A DNA stretch of 64,000 nucleotides from Terriglobia bacterium (lineage in GTDB: Bacteria; Acidobacteriota; Terriglobia; JAJPHL01; JAPKYU01). A program made the position numbers and the translations under genes. Position 1 is the first letter of the stretch. Each line of letters starts with the position of its first letter. This document shows positions 51,574 to 64,000 of the stretch, piece after piece. Location of the stretch: assembly GCA_965223005.1 (NCBI GenBank), contig CBDCVK010000010.1, forward strand, positions 672,001-736,000, given 5' to 3'. The notes beneath the pieces were generated by a model. It was not told the DNA's origin. It made no database searches and was given only the letters and a program-made list of their open reading frames with translations.

Positions 51574-52989
51574 ATGGCCGCAGTGATCAGGCCGGACAAG
51601 TTCCGCGACGAATGTGGTGTGATGGGAGTCTGTGGCCACCCGGAAGCGGCCAAGCTGGTTTACCTGGGGCTGCATGCGCTCCAGCACCGTGGCCAAGAAA
51701 GCGCGGGGATCGTGGCCAGCGACGGCCTCCAGTTGCGCGCGCACAAGGGTATGGGAGAGGTGTCGGAAGTCTTCAGCGAGCCCGCACTGGCGTCACTCCA
51801 CGGACAGTTCGCGGTCGGCCATACGCGCTACTCGACGGCCGGCGACACCTCGCTGAACAACGCCCAGCCGTTAACCGTGGACTGCAATAAAGGCTTGCTG
51901 GCTCTGGCGCACAACGGCAACCTGGTGAACGCGCGGCAAGTCCGCCGGCGCCTGGAACAGCGGGGCTCCATCTTCCAGACCACTAGCGACAGCGAAGTCA
52001 TCCTGCACCTTATCGCCCACTCGCGCCAGAAGCTGCTGATCGACGCCCTTGCGGAGGCACTGCACCAGGTGGAAGGTGCTTATTCCCTGGTGCTGCTGAC
52101 TCGCGACCGGCTCATCGCCGTGCGGGACCCGCGCGGCTTCCGGCCCCTCTGCCTGGGCCAGCTGGATGGCGCCGTGGTCGTTGCCTCAGAAACCTGCGCC
52201 TTCGATCTGCTAGGCGCTCGCTACGATGGGGAAATCGAGCCGGGCGAGTTGGTGGTGGCCGAGGCCGGAAGCTCTACCCGGACGCGGTTCAGCGCGCCGA
52301 TGCCGCACCACTATTGCATTTTTGAGCACGTTTATTTCTCCCGTCCGGACAGCATCGTCTTCGGGCGCCCCGTGCACGAGTCCCGCGAGATGCTGGGACG
52401 GTTGCTGGCGCGCGAGGCTCCGGCCGACGCCGACATTGTGGTTCCCGTGCCCGATTCCGGCGTCCCTGCCGCGGCCGGCTACGCCAACGAATCCGGCCTT
52501 CCGCTGAAACTTGGCTTGATCCGCAACCACTACGTGGGCCGTACTTTTATCGAGCCAGAACAGACCATCCGCGATTTTGGCGTCAAGCTGAAGCTGAATC
52601 CGGTGCGTACCCTGCTGGAAGGGCAGCGGGTGGTATTGGTGGACGATTCCATCGTGCGCGGCACCACCAGTCGAAAAATCGTACGCATGATCCGTGAGGC
52701 CGGGGCCCGCGAAGTCCACATGCGCATCTCCTGCCCCCCCACCATTTCTCCCTGCTACTACGGCGTGGACACTCCCAACGAAAAGGAACTGATCGCCGCC
52801 AACTGCTCGATCGAGCAGATCCGCGAGTACACCAACGCCGACTCGCTGGCCTACCTCTCCTTGGAGAGCCTGCGGCGGGCGGTGGAGGATCAGGACAGCC
52901 GCTATTGTACTGCCTGCTACACTCGTAAGTATCCTACCGAGTTGCCGAACGCCGAGCTGGAGGCTGGCCTTGCAGGACGAGGCACGTGA
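51574..52989 (+). CDS. purF: Amidophosphoribosyltransferase
   Basis: ECGVMG, LQHRGQE, GHTRYST, CIFEHVYFSRPDS and VDDSIVRGTTS motifs. Confidence 0.97.
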   Translation: MAAVIRPDKFRDECGVMGVCGHPEAAKLVYLGLHALQHRGQESAGIVASDGLQLRAHKGMGEVSEVFSEPALASLHGQFAVGHTRYSTAGDTSLNNAQPLTVDCNKGLLALAHNGNLVNARQVRRRLEQRGSIFQTTSDSEVILHLIAHSRQKLLIDALAEALHQVEGAYSLVLLTRDRLIAVRDPRGFRPLCLGQLDGAVVVASETCAFDLLGARYDGEIEPGELVVAEAGSSTRTRFSAPMPHHYCIFEHVYFSRPDSIVFGRPVHESREMLGRLLAREAPADADIVVPVPDSGVPAAAGYANESGLPLKLGLIRNHYVGRTFIEPEQTIRDFGVKLKLNPVRTLLEGQRVVLVDDSIVRGTTSRKIVRMIREAGAREVHMRISCPPTISPCYYGVDTPNEKELIAANCSIEQIREYTNADSLAYLSLESLRRAVEDQDSRYCTACYTRKYPTELPNAELEAGLAGRGT

Positions 52990-53776
52990 ACAGACCGGCG
53001 CGGCTCTCCTGCATACCGCTGGAGAAGGCTCGTGCGGCCAAGGGGTGGCTGCAGAGCCGGTCGAGACCATTTCCGAGGAGACAACGGAGGGCGCTGCTCC
53101 GGCAGCTCCGCCCGGGGCCACCCGGTTTGGTCGCTCGGCGGTGTTAGCCCATATCCGCTGGCTGGCCAGCATCGTGGTCCTTGTGTTCCTGATTCGCACC
53201 TTCGTCGGTGAGGCAACGATCATCCCCACCGCCTCCATGGAAAACACGATCCTGGTGGGGGACCATGTATTCTTGACCAAGCTCCTCTACGGGCCACGCA
53301 TCCCGTTCACCGACTGGAGGCTGCCGGCTGTGCGCCACGTGAAGGGTCAGGACATTGTGGCCTTCCGCTATCCCCGCGACCCCTCCTTGATCTACGTGAA
53401 GCGCGTCATCGGGGTGCCGGGCGACCGGGTGGAAGTGCTCGGCCACCAGGTCTTGATCAACGGGCAAAGGTTGAAGGAGCCCTACGTCGTGCACACCCAC
53501 CCAAGACGGCGCGAGAACTACGGGCCGACCACGGTCCCGGCCGGGCACCTGTTTGTCATGGGCGACAATCGTGACAATTCCAACGATAGCCGCTTCTGGG
53601 GTTCGGTGCCGTTGGAGAACGTGGTCGGCAAACCGCTGCTGGTGTACTGGTCCTACGAAGCACCCACGGATGACTGGCTTCAGGAAGGCGTCCTGAATCG
53701 GGCTCGCTTCTACGCCACCGTGGCCATGAACTTCTTTTCCAAAACCCGCTGGGCACGCACAGGGCTGCTGCTTTGA
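52970..53776 (+). CDS. lepB: Signal peptidase I
   Basis: IPTASMENTILVGD (Ser), YVKRVIGVPGD (Lys) and MGDNRDNSNDSRFWG motifs. Start uncertain. Confidence 0.92.
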   Translation: MQDEAREQTGAALLHTAGEGSCGQGVAAEPVETISEETTEGAAPAAPPGATRFGRSAVLAHIRWLASIVVLVFLIRTFVGEATIIPTASMENTILVGDHVFLTKLLYGPRIPFTDWRLPAVRHVKGQDIVAFRYPRDPSLIYVKRVIGVPGDRVEVLGHQVLINGQRLKEPYVVHTHPRRRENYGPTTVPAGHLFVMGDNRDNSNDSRFWGSVPLENVVGKPLLVYWSYEAPTDDWLQEGVLNRARFYATVAMNFFSKTRWARTGLLL

Positions 53777-54804
53777 AGCCCGTCAGCTACGCCGACGCCG
53801 GTGTAGACCGTGCGACGGCCCGCAGCACCCGCTCCCAAATCCGTTTGCTGGCCCGCAAGACTTTTACCCGAGATGTTCTGACGGAAATTGGAGGCTTTGG
53901 GGGGCTGTTCCGCATGCCCAAGCACCGGTGGCGAGACCCGGTCCTGGTGTCCAGTTGTGACGGCGTTGGCACGAAACTTAAGTTGGCGTTCCTGACGGGC
54001 AACCATCGGACCGTGGGCACTGACCTGGTCAATCACTGCGTCAACGACATCGCCGTCGGGGGTGCAGAGCCGCTGTTCTTCCTCGACTATCTGGCCACCG
54101 GGCGCCTGGAGCAGACCGTCGCCGAGCAGATCATCTCCGGCGTGGCCGAAGCGTGCCGCGCCAACGGCTGTGCCCTGGTAGGTGGGGAGACCGCCGAGAT
54201 GCCCGGGTTTTACGCCGACGGGGAGTACGACCTGGCCGGCTTCATCGTGGGTGCGGTCGAACGTCGCAAGATTCTGGACCCCAGCCGCGTGCGCGCGGGT
54301 CATCTGCTGCTCGGCATTCCATCGACCGGGCTGCACACCAACGGCTACTCGCTGGCCCGCAAGCTGCTGTTCGAGCAAGCGGGGTTACGGGTGGACTCGC
54401 GTGTTTCGGAGCTGAAGGGAACCGTGGGTGAGGAGCTGCTGCGGGTGCACCGCAGCTACCTCCAGGTGCTGCGGAGTCTCCAGCAGGAAGGCGCGCTGGC
54501 CGCTGCCGCCCACATCACCGGCGGCGGCCTCACCGAAAATGTCCCGCGCGTCTTGCCCCACAAGCTGCGCGCGCGAATTCGACTGGATTCCTGGCCCGTT
54601 CCGCCAGTTTTCCGCTATCTTCAGAAGTTGGGAGCGATTGCCGCCGCCGAAATGCTCCGCACTTTCAATATGGGCGTCGGCCTGGTCCTGATCGTTCCCC
54701 CGACGCGCCATCGTCGGGCGGCCGCGCTGCTGGACCGGCTGAAGGAACAACATTACCTGATCGGCCGGGTCGTCCCTGGCAAGGGCCGGGTAGAGTACGT
54801 GTAA
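53773..54804 (+). CDS. purM: AIR synthase
   Basis: YADAGVD, DGVGTK, FFLDY, GGETAEMPG, HTNGYSL, HITGGG and TFNMG motifs. Confidence 0.97.
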   Translation: MKPVSYADAGVDRATARSTRSQIRLLARKTFTRDVLTEIGGFGGLFRMPKHRWRDPVLVSSCDGVGTKLKLAFLTGNHRTVGTDLVNHCVNDIAVGGAEPLFFLDYLATGRLEQTVAEQIISGVAEACRANGCALVGGETAEMPGFYADGEYDLAGFIVGAVERRKILDPSRVRAGHLLLGIPSTGLHTNGYSLARKLLFEQAGLRVDSRVSELKGTVGEELLRVHRSYLQVLRSLQQEGALAAAAHITGGGLTENVPRVLPHKLRARIRLDSWPVPPVFRYLQKLGAIAAAEMLRTFNMGVGLVLIVPPTRHRRAAALLDRLKEQHYLIGRVVPGKGRVEYV

Positions 54805-54854
54805 GGCCAAGGCCTCCGGTCGGAGCGATAAGCAACTGCAGGAGGGTTGTCGGG

Positions 54855-55457
54855 ATGAAGAAGCGAATCGCGGTCCTGCTCAGCGGCCGCGGCTCGAATT
54901 TTGAAGCGATCGCCGACAATGTCGCCGCCGGCCGCATCAACGCCGAGATCGCTGTCGTGCTCAGTAACCGCCCCGACGCTTTGGGCCTGGAGCGGGCCCG
55001 GCAGCGCGGCCTGCCCACCGTCGTTCTCCCTTCCAAGGGTCTGGAGCGGGAGGCCTACGACCGCCAGGTGGTGGCGGCGCTCCGAGAAAAACAGGTGGAC
55101 CTGGTGTGCCTGGCTGGGTTCATGCGCGTGCTCAGCCCCCATCTTGTCCGGGAATTTCGCGACCGAATCTTGAACATTCATCCCGGGCTGTTGCCTGCCT
55201 TCTCAGGCCTGGAAGCGCAGCGCCAGGCCTTAGAATACGGTGTTAAGGTGAGCGGCTGCACGGTGCACTTTGTGGACGAGTTCGTGGACCACGGACCGAT
55301 CATCCTGCAGGCCTGCGTCCCAGTGCTCAATGATGATACGCCGGAAACGCTGTCTGCACGCATCCTGAGTGAAGAGCACCGGATCTACTCAGAGGCCATT
55401 AACCTGGTACTGAATGACCGCATCCGTGTTGAGGGCCGCCGTGTCGTGGCCAAGTAA
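54855..55457 (+). CDS. purN: GAR transformylase
   Basis: SGRGSN, LAGFMR, NIHPGLLP, GCTVHFV and DHGPII motifs. Confidence 0.97.
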   Translation: MKKRIAVLLSGRGSNFEAIADNVAAGRINAEIAVVLSNRPDALGLERARQRGLPTVVLPSKGLEREAYDRQVVAALREKQVDLVCLAGFMRVLSPHLVREFRDRILNIHPGLLPAFSGLEAQRQALEYGVKVSGCTVHFVDEFVDHGPIILQACVPVLNDDTPETLSARILSEEHRIYSEAINLVLNDRIRVEGRRVVAK

Positions 55458-55461
55458 AGCC

Positions 55462-57179
<1,718 letters not shown>

Positions 57180-57188
57180 AATAATTCC

Positions 57189-57262
57189 TCCGCAGATTAG
57201 GCAGATTTCGTCATCCACTGTTTAGATTGTTCCATTCTGCGAAAATCTGTGTAATCCGCGGA
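57189..57262. repeat. 9-nt-periodic inverted repeat (cgcagatta ggcagattt ... aatctgtgt aatccgcgg)
   Basis: Arms at 57190-57208 and 57243-57261 are complementary at 16/19 positions, in the spacer after tyrS. Confidence 0.72.
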
Positions 57263-57278
57263 TTCGTTTTTCTGTGAA

Positions 57279-58166
57279 ATGAAAACCCTGGTGTTGGTGA
57301 ATACCGCGGCCGGACGCGGTCACTATCGAAAAAGCCTGGAGCGGGTGCGTCGACTGTGCCGTGAGTTGGGCGCCGAAGTGGCCGAGACCAGATCGCCCGA
57401 GGAAGCTTTCGAGCGAGCCCGCGCCGCTGCCGATGCGGGCTACGGGCGCGTAGTCGCCGTGGGTGGCGACGGCACCGCCCATCACGTGCTGAACGGCCTG
57501 GCCGGGGCGGGCACAGTCCCCTCAGAAAACAGCGCGGCCCTGGGCATTGTTCCGCTGGGCAGCGCAAACGACCTGGCGCGAAACCTTGGCCTGCCGCGGG
57601 ATACGGAGGCAGCGACGCGCCTGGCCCTCACCGGCCCGCTGCGTCGGGTAGACCTGGCGCGGGTGGCGGGCCGCTGGTTCGGCTGCATCGCCAGCTTCGG
57701 GCTGGACTCCCACGCCAACCGCATCGCTAACCGCCACCGCCGCCTGAGGGGCACCGCCATCTACGTCTACGCCCTGCTGCGCACCTTGGTGGAGTGGCGC
57801 GTCCCGGTGGTCCGCATTCAAAGCGACAGCGGCGAACTTCGAGGACCCATGATGCTGTTTGCCGTCGGTAATGCCTCCAGCTACGGCGGAGGCATGCGGA
57901 TTGCCCCCCGCGCCGACATGGCCGATGGGCGGCTCGACCTGTGTTTGGTCCGCGACATGTCCCGGCTGAAGCTGCTTTTTCGCTTCCCTGGGGTGTTTTC
58001 CGGCACCCACCTGCGCTACCCCGAAGTGACCTACTTGCAAGCCTCGCGCGTTCGGGTGGAAGCCGATCGCCCGCTGGACATTTTTGCTGATGGGGAATTT
58101 GTCGGCCACACCCCGGCCGAAGTGGAACTATTCCCCGGCGCGCTCAAAGTGGTGGCGCCTTCGTAG
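57279..58166 (+). CDS. Diacylglycerol kinase-family (YegS/BmrU-like) lipid kinase
   Basis: VNTAAG, GGDGT, PLGSANDLA, YGGG and DGE motifs. Confidence 0.9.
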   Translation: MKTLVLVNTAAGRGHYRKSLERVRRLCRELGAEVAETRSPEEAFERARAAADAGYGRVVAVGGDGTAHHVLNGLAGAGTVPSENSAALGIVPLGSANDLARNLGLPRDTEAATRLALTGPLRRVDLARVAGRWFGCIASFGLDSHANRIANRHRRLRGTAIYVYALLRTLVEWRVPVVRIQSDSGELRGPMMLFAVGNASSYGGGMRIAPRADMADGRLDLCLVRDMSRLKLLFRFPGVFSGTHLRYPEVTYLQASRVRVEADRPLDIFADGEFVGHTPAEVELFPGALKVVAPS

Positions 58167-58227
58167 AGTCGCGCTCCAGGCCGAAACCGCTGATGCAAGA
58201 GTGTCGTTTGCGATATAGTTCTCGACC

Positions 58228-59442
58228 ATGGGCGCGAGGCAAAAGCGGCGTTTGCCGTCGATCGAAGAGCTGGAAAAGAAGCACCTGATTCAGACCTATG
58301 CCCGCTACCCGCTGGTGATTGAGCGCGGGCGCGGCTGCTGGGTGTACGACACCGAAGGGCGCAAATACCTGGATTTTCTCAGCGGCCTGGGGGTGAACGC
58401 GCTGGGTCACGCGCACCCCCGCATCGTGAAGGTGATGCGGGAGCAGGCGGGCCGGGCCATCCACGTATCCAACCTGTACTACCACGCCTACCAAGCGCCC
58501 CTGGCGGCGCGCCTGGCCAAGCTCTCCGGCCTGGACCGCGTCTTTCTGTGCAACAGCGGGACCGAGGCGGTCGAGGGTGCGCTCAAATTGGCCCGGGCCC
58601 ACTGCGCCAAGACGCAGAACAAGTTTCACCTGGTGGCGCTGGATAACTCTTTCCACGGACGCACGTTGGGCGCCCTGGCCGCTACCGGGCAAAAGAAGTA
58701 CCGCCTGCCGTTCCGCCCCTTGCTGCCCGGTGTGGAGTTCGTCAGGTTCAATGACGTGGCCGACCTGCGGGCCCGAGTCAACGAGCATACGGCGGCGATT
58801 CTGCTGGAACCCATCCAGGGGGAGGGCGGCATCTTCGAGTTGGACCTGGAATTCCTGCGCGCGGCCGCGCAACTGGCGCGCCAGTATGACGCCCTGCTCA
58901 TCCTGGACGAGATTCAGTGCGGGTTGGGGCGGACGGGCGACTACTTCGCTTTTCGCCGCCTTGGGGTGAAACCGGACATCGTGGTGGCGGCCAAGCCACT
59001 GGCCGCGGGCTTACCGCTGGGCGCCATCATCGCCCGCGAGCCGGTGGCGGCAGCGCTCGGCACCGGCATGCATGGAAGCACCTTTGGAGGCGGGCCGCTG
59101 GCCTGCCGCGTGGCCCTGGAATTCCTGGATATCCTGGAGCAGGAGAAGTTGCTTAAGAACGTCCGGCGCGTGGGCGCCTACTTCCAGCGTCGCCTGCGCC
59201 AACTCCAGCGCCGGTTTCCCTTTATCAAAGCTGTGCGCGGCCGCGGGCTGATGCTAGCCGCTGACCTGGATTTCGACGCCCGCCCCATTGTCCACGAAGC
59301 GATGCAGGCCGGACTGCTCGTGAACAGCACACACGACACCGTGCTCCGCTTCCTTCCGCCCTACATCATCGGCGAAGAGCATGTGGACCGGGCCCTGGGG
59401 GTCCTAGAGCGCATTCTCAGCAAAGGACGCTTCCCCAAGTGA
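58228..59442 (+). CDS. argD: Acetylornithine aminotransferase (class III)
   Basis: NSGTEAVE, FHGRT, EPIQGEGG, DEIQCGLGRTG, HGSTFGG and LRFLPP motifs. Confidence 0.88.
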   Translation: MGARQKRRLPSIEELEKKHLIQTYARYPLVIERGRGCWVYDTEGRKYLDFLSGLGVNALGHAHPRIVKVMREQAGRAIHVSNLYYHAYQAPLAARLAKLSGLDRVFLCNSGTEAVEGALKLARAHCAKTQNKFHLVALDNSFHGRTLGALAATGQKKYRLPFRPLLPGVEFVRFNDVADLRARVNEHTAAILLEPIQGEGGIFELDLEFLRAAAQLARQYDALLILDEIQCGLGRTGDYFAFRRLGVKPDIVVAAKPLAAGLPLGAIIAREPVAAALGTGMHGSTFGGGPLACRVALEFLDILEQEKLLKNVRRVGAYFQRRLRQLQRRFPFIKAVRGRGLMLAADLDFDARPIVHEAMQAGLLVNSTHDTVLRFLPPYIIGEEHVDRALGVLERILSKGRFPK

Positions 59443-59529
59443 AACGGCCCGTCTAGTAATGGGAAGTAGCGCCCTGCCTGGCCGCTTGTCGGGCTCGGGG
59501 CGGCCGAAGCCAGAGCCCAGAACGAGCAG

Positions 59530-62500
59530 TTATATGCGCGGACGCTCCTCGTCCGCTTCGTCAATGAAAAACTCCGCCGGAGTGGGCCGCGCTTCCTCAG
59601 CCACGACCTCTTCCACCGGCAGCAGTTCAGCTTCGGCGTCGGTGGAGAGCCGGACCCGGCGGTAATAGTCCAAACCGGTGCCGGCCGGAATCAGCCTGCC
59701 CATGATCACGTTTTCCTTCAGGCCGCGCAGGTAGTCCACCTTCCCGGAGATGGCCGCCTCGGTCAGCACGCGGGTGGTCTCCTGGAAGGAGGCCGCCGAG
59801 ATAAAGGAATCTGTGGAGAGCGAGGCTTTGGTGATGCCCATCAGCAAGGGCCGCCCGACCGCCGGCTTGCTTCCACGGGCGAGAACCAGTTCATTTTCCT
59901 CGGCAAACCGGAAGCGGTCCACCACTTCTTCCAGCAGGAACTCAGTGTCGCCTACCTCCTCCAACTTCACCCAACGCATCATCTGCCGGACGATGACCTC
60001 AATGTGCTTGTCGTTGACGGTGACCCCCTGAAGGCGGTACACCTCCTGGATTTCTTTGACCAGATAGTCCTGGGTTTTTCTCTCGCCCAACACCGCTAGG
60101 ATGTCATGGGGGTTCAACGGCCCGTCCATCAAGGGCTCGCCGGCCCGGACACGCTCCCCCTCCTGAACCCGGACGTGCACACCTCGCGGGAGGGAATACT
60201 CATGCTCGATGCCGTCGTCGGCGGCCACCAAGATCTTGCGCAGGCCTTTGGAAATGTCGCCATGCTTCACCACGCCGTCCACTTCACTGATCACGGCCGG
60301 GTCTTTCGGGTTCCGAGCCTCGAACAGTTCCACGACCCGCGGCAGACCCCCGGTAATGTCCTTGGTCTTTGTGGTTTCGCGCGGGATCTTGGCCAGCACA
60401 TCGCCGGGATGCACCTCGTCGCGGTCGCTCACCATCAGGTGGGCCCGGGTGGGCATCAGGTACTGCTTGATGGACTTGTGTTTGTCGCTGCGGATGATCA
60501 CGGTGGGCTGCAACTTCTCGTCCGCCGCATCGGTCACCACCGAGCGCGACAGCCCGGTGATCTCATCCACTTCCTCGTGCAGAGTGACGCCTTCCAACAG
60601 GTCCTTAAACTGGATCGTGCCCCCCACCTCGGTGAGGATGGAGAAGGTATAGGGATCCCACTCCACCAGGGTCTGGCCGAGAGTGACCGGCTGGCCGTCC
60701 TCAACCAGCAACTTGGCGCCGTAGACCACCAAGTAGTGTTCCTTCTCCCGCCCCTTCTCGTCCACGATGGTGATAGCGCCGCTGCGGTTCATCGCCACCA
60801 GCCGTTTTTCCTTGGAGCGCACGGTGGTCAGGTTCGTGAAGCGCACGAAGCCGTTGTTCTTGGCCTCCAGGGTGGACTGCTCGCTGATCCGGGTAGCCGT
60901 GCCCCCGATGTGGAAGGTGCGCATGGTGAGCTGGGTGCCGGGCTCGCCGATGGACTGGGCGGCAATAATGCCCACCGCTTCGCCCAATTCTGCCAGCCGA
61001 CCGCTGGCCAGGTTCCGTCCGTAGCACATGATACAAACACCGCGCCGGGCCTCGCATGTCAGCACCGAACGAATCTTGACCCGCTCGATGCCGGCCGCCT
61101 GGATCGCGTTGGCTAGCTCCTCGTCGATCTGTTGGTTGACATCGGCGATGACGTTGCCCTCGTAGTCCTTGACCTTCTCCAGCGAGATGCGCCCTACGAT
61201 GCGGTCCCGCAACGGCTCGATGATCTCGCCCGACTCCACGATGGGCTCGGCATAAATCCCGTCGGCGGTGCCGCAGTCCTCCATGCTGATGGTGGCGTCC
61301 TGGGCCACATCCACCAGGCGGCGCGTCAGGTAGCCGGAGTCAGCCGTCTTTAGCGCCGTGTCGGCCAGTCCCTTGCGGGCCCCGTGCGTGGAGATGAAGT
61401 ATTGCAGCACGGTGAGACCCTCGCGGAAGTTGGCGGTGATGGGCGTTTCAATGATTTCCCCCGAGGGTTTGGCCATCAGACCGCGCATGCCCGAAAGCTG
61501 CCGGATCTGCTGCTTGGATCCGCGGGCCCCGGAGTCAGCCATGATGTAGATGGGGTTGAAGTGCTCCCCTTTCTGGTCCTCCGCCTCCATGGCGTTGAAC
61601 ATCTCGTCGGCCACCCGCTCGGTGATGTTCGACCAGATGGCGATCACTTTGTTGTAGCGCTCGCCGTTGGTGATGGCTCCGTCCATGTACTGCTGCTGCA
61701 CGGCGATCACTTCCTTCTCGGCTTGCCTCACCAGCGCCTGCTTGTTGATCGGGATGACCATGTCGTCGATGCCGATCGAGATGCCGGCTTTCGTGGCGTA
61801 AAGAAAGCCCAGGGTCTTGATCTCGTCCAGTATCTTCACCGTGGCTTCCAGGCCAAACTGCAGGTAGCAGTACTGGACCAGTTGGCCGACGCCCTTCTTC
61901 TTGAGTAGGCCGTTGATGAAGGGCATCGTTTTGGACAGGTGGTCGTTCAGGATGACTCGTCCAACCGTGGTTTCCAGATATTGGTTCTGGAAGTTGACGG
62001 GCTCGGTGTGCAGGATATCCTGGTTGTCGTAGGCGCGGGTCAGGTCGATCACCTTGCCAGAATAACGGAGGCGGATCGGCGTCAGAGTCTCCACCTCGCC
62101 CATTTCCAGGGCTAGCAGCACTTCCTCCGCGTTGGCGAACGTGCGACCTTCTCCCTTCGTGGTATGGCGTGCCTTGGTCAGATAGTAGAGGCCGAGCACC
62201 ATATCCTGGGTAGGCACGGCCAGGGGCTGCCCATTGGCCGGCGACAGGATGTTGTTGGAGCTCAGCATCAGCACGCTGGCCTCGATCTGCGCCTCCGGCG
62301 ACAGCGGGATGTGCACCGCCATCTGGTCTCCGTCGAAGTCGGCGTTGAACGCGGTGCAGACCAGCGGGTGAATCTGAATGGCTTTGCCTTCCACCAGGAC
62401 CGGCTCAAACGCCTGGATGCCCAGGCGGTGCAAGGTGGGGGCCCGGTTGAGCAGCACCGGATGGTCGCGGATGACCTCCTCCAGGATGTCCCAGACCAGG

Positions 62501-63726
62501 GGTTCCTTCTGTTCGACCAGTTCCTTGGCCTGCTTGATGGTGGTGCAGTAGCCCCTCTGTTCCAGGCGGTGATAGATAAAGGGCTTGAACAGTTCCAGGG
62601 CCATCTGTTTGGGGAGGCCGCACTGGTGCAATTTCAGCTCCGGGCCAACGACGATGACCGAGCGCCCGGAATAATCCACGCGTTTCCCTAACAGGTTCTG
62701 GCGGAAGCGGCCTTGTTTTCCCTTCAGGGTGTCGGAGAGAGATTTCAGCGGTCGGTTATTCGCGCCGCGCAGGATGCGGCCGCGGCGCCCGTTGTCAAAC
62801 AACGCATCTACCGCTTCCTGCAACATTCTCTTTTCATTCCTCACGATCACGTCCGGGGCGTGCAGCTCCATGAGCTTCTTCAGCCGGTTATTGCGGTTGA
62901 TGACCCGGCGATAGAGATCGTTCAGGTCGGAAGTGGCAAAGCGGCCACCGTCGAGTGGCACTAGCGGACGCAGTTCCGGGGGAATCACCGGGAGCACATT
63001 CAGGATCATCCACTCCGGCCGGTTGCCCGACTTGCGGAAGGCGTCCACCACCTTCAGCCGCTTGGCATACTTGATCCGCTTCTGTGTGCTGGGCTCGTTC
63101 TTCATCTTGTCGCGCAACTCTTCGGCCATCGCTTCCACGTCCACCCGCTTCAGCAGCTCCTTGATGGCCTCGCCGCCCATCATGGCCACGAACTTGCCCG
63201 GGTATTCCTGCTGCGGTTGCCGGAACTCCTCTTCGCTCAGGATCTGACGCTCTTTCACCGGAGCCTCACCCGGATCCACCACGACGTAGGCCTCAAAGTA
63301 GAGCACCCGCTCCAGATCCCGCAGGGTGATGTCCAGCAGGTAGCCGATGCGGCTGGGCAGGCCCTTGAAGAACCAGACGTGAGAGCAGGGGGAGGCCAGC
63401 TCGATGTGCCCCAACCGCTCTCGCCGCACACGCGACAGGGTGACTTCCACTCCGCACTTGTCGCAGACGACTCCCCGGTGTTTCATCCGCTTGTACTTGC
63501 CACAGAGGCACTCCCAGTCCTGTGTCGGGCCAAAGATGCGGGCGCAGAACAGGCCGTCGCGTTCCGGCTTAAAGGTGCGATAGTTGATCGTCTCCGGCTT
63601 GGTCACCTCCCCGTGTGACCAGCTGCGGATCTTCTCCGGCGAAGCCAGGCTGATCCGGATGGAGTCGAAGTCGGCAATCAGATTCGCTCGGTCGTAGGGA
63701 CTGCTTCGATACAAGGCATCCTCCAC
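59530..63726 (-). CDS. rpoC: RNA polymerase beta' subunit
   Basis: [38 protein letters not shown] and SAASFQETT motifs. Confidence 0.99.
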   Translation of the reverse strand: MEDALYRSSPYDRANLIADFDSIRISLASPEKIRSWSHGEVTKPETINYRTFKPERDGLFCARIFGPTQDWECLCGKYKRMKHRGVVCDKCGVEVTLSRVRRERLGHIELASPCSHVWFFKGLPSRIGYLLDITLRDLERVLYFEAYVVVDPGEAPVKERQILSEEEFRQPQQEYPGKFVAMMGGEAIKELLKRVDVEAMAEELRDKMKNEPSTQKRIKYAKRLKVVDAFRKSGNRPEWMILNVLPVIPPELRPLVPLDGGRFATSDLNDLYRRVINRNNRLKKLMELHAPDVIVRNEKRMLQEAVDALFDNGRRGRILRGANNRPLKSLSDTLKGKQGRFRQNLLGKRVDYSGRSVIVVGPELKLHQCGLPKQMALELFKPFIYHRLEQRGYCTTIKQAKELVEQKEPLVWDILEEVIRDHPVLLNRAPTLHRLGIQAFEPVLVEGKAIQIHPLVCTAFNADFDGDQMAVHIPLSPEAQIEASVLMLSSNNILSPANGQPLAVPTQDMVLGLYYLTKARHTTKGEGRTFANAEEVLLALEMGEVETLTPIRLRYSGKVIDLTRAYDNQDILHTEPVNFQNQYLETTVGRVILNDHLSKTMPFINGLLKKKGVGQLVQYCYLQFGLEATVKILDEIKTLGFLYATKAGISIGIDDMVIPINKQALVRQAEKEVIAVQQQYMDGAITNGERYNKVIAIWSNITERVADEMFNAMEAEDQKGEHFNPIYIMADSGARGSKQQIRQLSGMRGLMAKPSGEIIETPITANFREGLTVLQYFISTHGARKGLADTALKTADSGYLTRRLVDVAQDATISMEDCGTADGIYAEPIVESGEIIEPLRDRIVGRISLEKVKDYEGNVIADVNQQIDEELANAIQAAGIERVKIRSVLTCEARRGVCIMCYGRNLASGRLAELGEAVGIIAAQSIGEPGTQLTMRTFHIGGTATRISEQSTLEAKNNGFVRFTNLTTVRSKEKRLVAMNRSGAITIVDEKGREKEHYLVVYGAKLLVEDGQPVTLGQTLVEWDPYTFSILTEVGGTIQFKDLLEGVTLHEEVDEITGLSRSVVTDAADEKLQPTVIIRSDKHKSIKQYLMPTRAHLMVSDRDEVHPGDVLAKIPRETTKTKDITGGLPRVVELFEARNPKDPAVISEVDGVVKHGDISKGLRKILVAADDGIEHEYSLPRGVHVRVQEGERVRAGEPLMDGPLNPHDILAVLGERKTQDYLVKEIQEVYRLQGVTVNDKHIEVIVRQMMRWVKLEEVGDTEFLLEEVVDRFRFAEENELVLARGSKPAVGRPLLMGITKASLSTDSFISAASFQETTRVLTEAAISGKVDYLRGLKENVIMGRLIPAGTGLDYYRRVRLSTDAEAELLPVEEVVAEEARPTPAEFFIDEADEERPRI

Positions 63727-63847
63727 TGGGCATTCGCCCCAAGGCTAAGAAACCAGAATTTACCCATCCAGACGCCAACTGCTCGCGCAGCGGGTCTGTT
63801 GGTGTCCTTTGCGTGCATCCAGATTCCTCTTGTCAACCGCCACAGCG

Positions 63848-64000
63848 CTAATCGGCTGCAGCCGCCGCTGTGTCCAATAGCTCTTTCTTGCGCTTCATCA
63901 GTTCCACGTCCAGGCACAGCGACTGAAGTTCGCGAATCAAAACGTTGAAGGATTCCGGCACTCCCGGCTCCATTGCCGCTTCGCCCTTGACGATGGCTTC
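63848..64000 (-). CDS. rpoB: RNA polymerase beta subunit, C-terminal fragment (window edge)
   Basis: Own translation: [50 protein letters not shown]. Confidence 0.97.
   Translation of the reverse strand, partial: EAIVKGEAAMEPGVPESFNVLIRELQSLCLDVELMKRKKELLDTAAAAAD

Noticed and set aside
59530-63726. Intein or large insertion in rpoC
   Set aside because: Length (1398 aa) and motif order are ordinary, and no intein splice motifs were seen.

Overview
High-GC bacterial chromosome segment, most likely Acidobacteriota. This is inferred from gene content (GWxTD protein, coiled-coil/AT-hook small protein, Zn-ribbon-HTH regulator, PDZ-sensor/sigma-54 pair), not from a database search. Most of the window is housekeeping: aminotransferase-manA-manC-PGM-M48, guaA, an ECF sigma cluster, mutM-glk-fadN-fadA-fadE, dnaG-rpoD, MacAB-like genes, purQ-L-F-lepB-purM-N, tyrS, argD, rpoC and the end of rpoB. 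The standout locus is 28.9-32.9 kb. An orphan cas6-family gene with no other cas genes or array in the window is split by a ~2.7-kb ISEcp1-style transposition unit flanked by a CTTAG duplication. The unit comprises an intact IS1380-family element with an outward-facing promoter, a captured sugar-phosphate isomerase gene and the truncated tail of a donor gene. Removing it restores one in-frame 323-aa Cas6. Downstream of cas6 lie a perfect TATAAT and a long hairpin (possible CRISPR leader remnant or small RNA). Other signals: an 8 x 27-bp AT-hook-coding tandem repeat with a 4-nt frameshifting deletion, dispersed 7/9-nt-periodic inverted-repeat tracts, a shared ECF-type promoter motif before the ECF gene, rpoD and macA, and a doubly broken rhodanese pseudogene. 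All family calls come from reading motifs by eye.
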